Source: Myxococcales bacterium
Lineage (GTDB): Bacteria; Myxococcota_A; Polyangia; Polyangiales; Polyangiaceae
DNA length: 28,144 bases
Direction: 5' to 3'
Assembly: GCA_043747615.1 (NCBI GenBank)
Contig: JAYTOU010000083.1
Coordinates: 1-28,144 of the forward strand
This document shows, in pieces, positions 26,152-28,144 of the stretch. The translations under genes and the position numbers were made by a program. Position 1 is the first letter of the stretch, and every line of letters begins with the position of its first letter. The notes below the pieces were generated by a model. That model was not told where the DNA came from. It did not search any database and was given only the letters and a program-made list of their open reading frames with translations.

Positions 26152-26934
26152 ATGTCCACGCAGACGACGCCTCGCGCGCGAACGCCTTCCAACAATGTCC
26201 CAGGACCCCGGACGCTCGCCGTCGACGTCGGCGGGACGGGGCTGAAAGCGCTTGTCCTAGCGGCGGACGGCACCGCTCTCACGGATCGCGCGCGCGTAGA
26301 AACGCCCCGTCCGGCGACGCCCGCCGCCATTCTCCCCGCGCTCGCGAAGTTGGTCGAGCCGCTCGGCGCATTTGATCGCGTATCGGTCGGGTTCCCCGGC
26401 GTCGTCATCGACGGCGTCATCAAAACCGCTCCCAACCTCGACACGATGTGGCAGGGTTTCCCGCTGGGCCAAAAGCTGGAGGCGCTCCTCAAGCGCCCGG
26501 TGCGCGTCTTGAACGACGCGGGCGTACAAGGTTTCGGCGTCATCGAAGGCCGCGGGCTCGAGATGGTGCTCACCCTCGGAACCGGCCTCGGTTGCGCGCT
26601 CTTCATCGACGGAAAATACGTACCCAACTTGGAGCTTGCCCATCACCCCTACCGCCACGGCAAGACGTACGAAGAGTACGTGGGGGCGGTCGCGCTGAAG
26701 GAAGTCGGAAAGAAGAAGTGGAACAAGCGTGTCCAGAAAATCCTCGCTCAGATCGAGCCGATCTTCAATCCGCGGGTAATTTATCTTGGCGGCGGGAACG
26801 CCAAACACCTGAAATGCGAGCTGCCGGCGCACGTGAAGCTCACCGAAAACATCGCCGGTCTACTGGGAGGTATCGCGCTCTGGAACGACGCGACGTCGTC
26901 GAGCACGCATCCCAAGCAAGCGAACGGTGTGTGA
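26152..26934 (+). CDS. ROK family sugar kinase, polyphosphate glucokinase-like
   Basis: AVDVGGTGLK, GFPGVV, LNDA, TLGTGLG, PNLELAH, LGGGN; no Cys-rich zinc motif. Confidence 0.88.
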   Translation: MSTQTTPRARTPSNNVPGPRTLAVDVGGTGLKALVLAADGTALTDRARVETPRPATPAAILPALAKLVEPLGAFDRVSVGFPGVVIDGVIKTAPNLDTMWQGFPLGQKLEALLKRPVRVLNDAGVQGFGVIEGRGLEMVLTLGTGLGCALFIDGKYVPNLELAHHPYRHGKTYEEYVGAVALKEVGKKKWNKRVQKILAQIEPIFNPRVIYLGGGNAKHLKCELPAHVKLTENIAGLLGGIALWNDATSSSTHPKQANGV

Positions 26935-26937
26935 AAA

Positions 26938-27903
26938 CTACCAGCGCTCGACGCGGTCGCGTCCTGCTTTTTTCGCGCGGTAGAGCGCAGCGTCTGCGCG
27001 GCTGACGAGCTCATCGCTGGCGAAATTTTCGCTCGCTTGCGCGGCGGCGACCCCAGCGCTGAACGCGATCGTAACGGCATTTCCCCCCGAAAAAACGAAG
27101 GGGTTGGCCCGCAGGTGCTCACGCAGGCGGTCCGCTACCTCCACGGCAAGGCTCGCGTCACAAGAGCGAAGGAGGAGCATGAACTCCTCACCTCCGTACC
27201 GAAAGGCGACGTCTTCGCCGCCACGGAGGACCTCCCGCGCGGCGCTCGCGAAGTGGGTGAGCACAGCGTCACCTGCTGGGTGGCCATGCGTGTCGTTGAC
27301 AACTTTGAAGTGGTCGAGGTCGAGCATCACCACTGCAAACGGTGTGTCGTGCCGCCTGGCGTACGCGCTGGCCTCGTCCATGCGCGTCTCGAAATGGCGA
27401 CGATTGAAGAGTCCCGTGAGCGGATCCACCATCGCATGGTGCTCCGCAAATCGAAGCTCGCCACGAAGCACGCATTCGGCCCGCGCCCGCTCGCAGGCAC
27501 CGCGCACCTTTGCGACGAGGACGGCCGGCGAGTACGGTTTGGTGATGTAGTCGACCGCGCCGAATTCGACGCCGCGAACGATCTCCGCGTCGGTCGTCGC
27601 GCTCGCAGTCACCATGATGATGCGGATGTGCGCGGTGCTCGGCTCGCCCTTCAGCCGCCGAACGACTTCGAAGCCGTCGATCCCAGGCATCATGACGTCG
27701 AGGACGAGGGCATCGAACGCCGATGGAGTTGCCTTCACCAACTCGAGCGCTTGCTCGCCGTTCGGAGCCTCGACGCAGCGCAGTTGGTTGCGTCGGAGCG
27801 CGCGGCAAACGAGAAGTCGTGCGCTTGCATCGTCGTCCACGACCAGAACTGCGCCCTCGAAGGACGGCGTTGACTGCGAGTCATCGCCCCCACAAGCCTC
27901 CAT
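26938..27903 (-). CDS. Response regulator receiver + GGDEF diguanylate cyclase
   Basis: REC motifs VLVVDDD, LDVMMPG, VTA, KPY. GGDEF motifs DPLT, DLDHFKVVNDTHGHPAGD, RYGGEEF. Start set at ATG 27903. Confidence 0.94.
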   Translation of the reverse strand: MEACGGDDSQSTPSFEGAVLVVDDDASARLLVCRALRRNQLRCVEAPNGEQALELVKATPSAFDALVLDVMMPGIDGFEVVRRLKGEPSTAHIRIIMVTASATTDAEIVRGVEFGAVDYITKPYSPAVLVAKVRGACERARAECVLRGELRFAEHHAMVDPLTGLFNRRHFETRMDEASAYARRHDTPFAVVMLDLDHFKVVNDTHGHPAGDAVLTHFASAAREVLRGGEDVAFRYGGEEFMLLLRSCDASLAVEVADRLREHLRANPFVFSGGNAVTIAFSAGVAAAQASENFASDELVSRADAALYRAKKAGRDRVERW

Positions 27904-27944
27904 GCGCTGTGCCCCCGGTTCGTGCGGCAATTCACGGTTCAGGC

Positions 27945-27960
27945 TGCAAGATCGCCGCCA
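27945..27960 (-). promoter_or_regulatory. Putative sigma54 (-24/-12) promoter
   Basis: Minus strand TGGCGGCGATCTTGCA = GG-N10-GC with TTGCA, 42 nt upstream of the REC-GGDEF start. Confidence 0.65.
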
Positions 27961-28144
27961 TCCCAACGTGCAGGTTTTCTCCCCGCACGGCGGGACCGAT
28001 ACCGTGGCAGGCACGCACGCATGCGTGGGGACGAGACAAAATGCCACTAGTGCCTCGGTTCTACGGAATGGAAGGGTATAGGCGGCGAAGCTTGATCCGT
28101 GCGTCTGCGGCGGAGAAACGCCATTTCACTTTCCCCGTCGTGCG

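Noticed and set aside
965..27903. Possible Hypr-type GGDEF (cGAMP synthase) activity in either cyclase
   Set aside because: Both keep Asp in GHPAGD, the guanine-specifying residue that is Ser/Thr in Hypr enzymes.
28077..28144. Possible plus-strand promoter and gene start (GTG 28099) at the window end
   Set aside because: Only about 15 codons visible with no recognisable motif.

Overview
GC-rich bacterial chromosomal window whose gene content (three eukaryotic-like Ser/Thr kinases, TPR-PEGA proteins, a Cys-rich repeat lipoprotein, an AgmX/PglI-type domain) points to a myxobacterium, probably Polyangiales/Sorangiineae (inference). It holds about 23 credible CDSs. Housekeeping enzymes are Dus, a PlsC-type acyltransferase, PepQ, a ROK kinase, an esterase, an FNR-like reductase and a Wzx flippase. 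Signalling genes are FHA-GGDEF, REC-GGDEF, two membrane kinases, a kinase-STAND-TPR protein, TetR and a TPR-PEGA-fused TonB-dependent receptor. I found no rRNA, tRNA, CRISPR array or mobile element. Most notable: (1) a candidate sigma54-driven kinase / TPR-PEGA / Cys-rich lipoprotein operon that may be a trans-envelope signalling module, with the same TPR-PEGA unit fused to a nearby TonB-dependent receptor; (2) two sigma54-type promoters with a similar upstream motif at almost identical spacing; (3) many genes with a TANNNT box 5-8 nt before the start codon (probable leaderless mRNAs), including bidirectional overlapping -10 boxes; (4) probable pseudoenzymes. All family calls come from motif recognition by eye; no searches were run.
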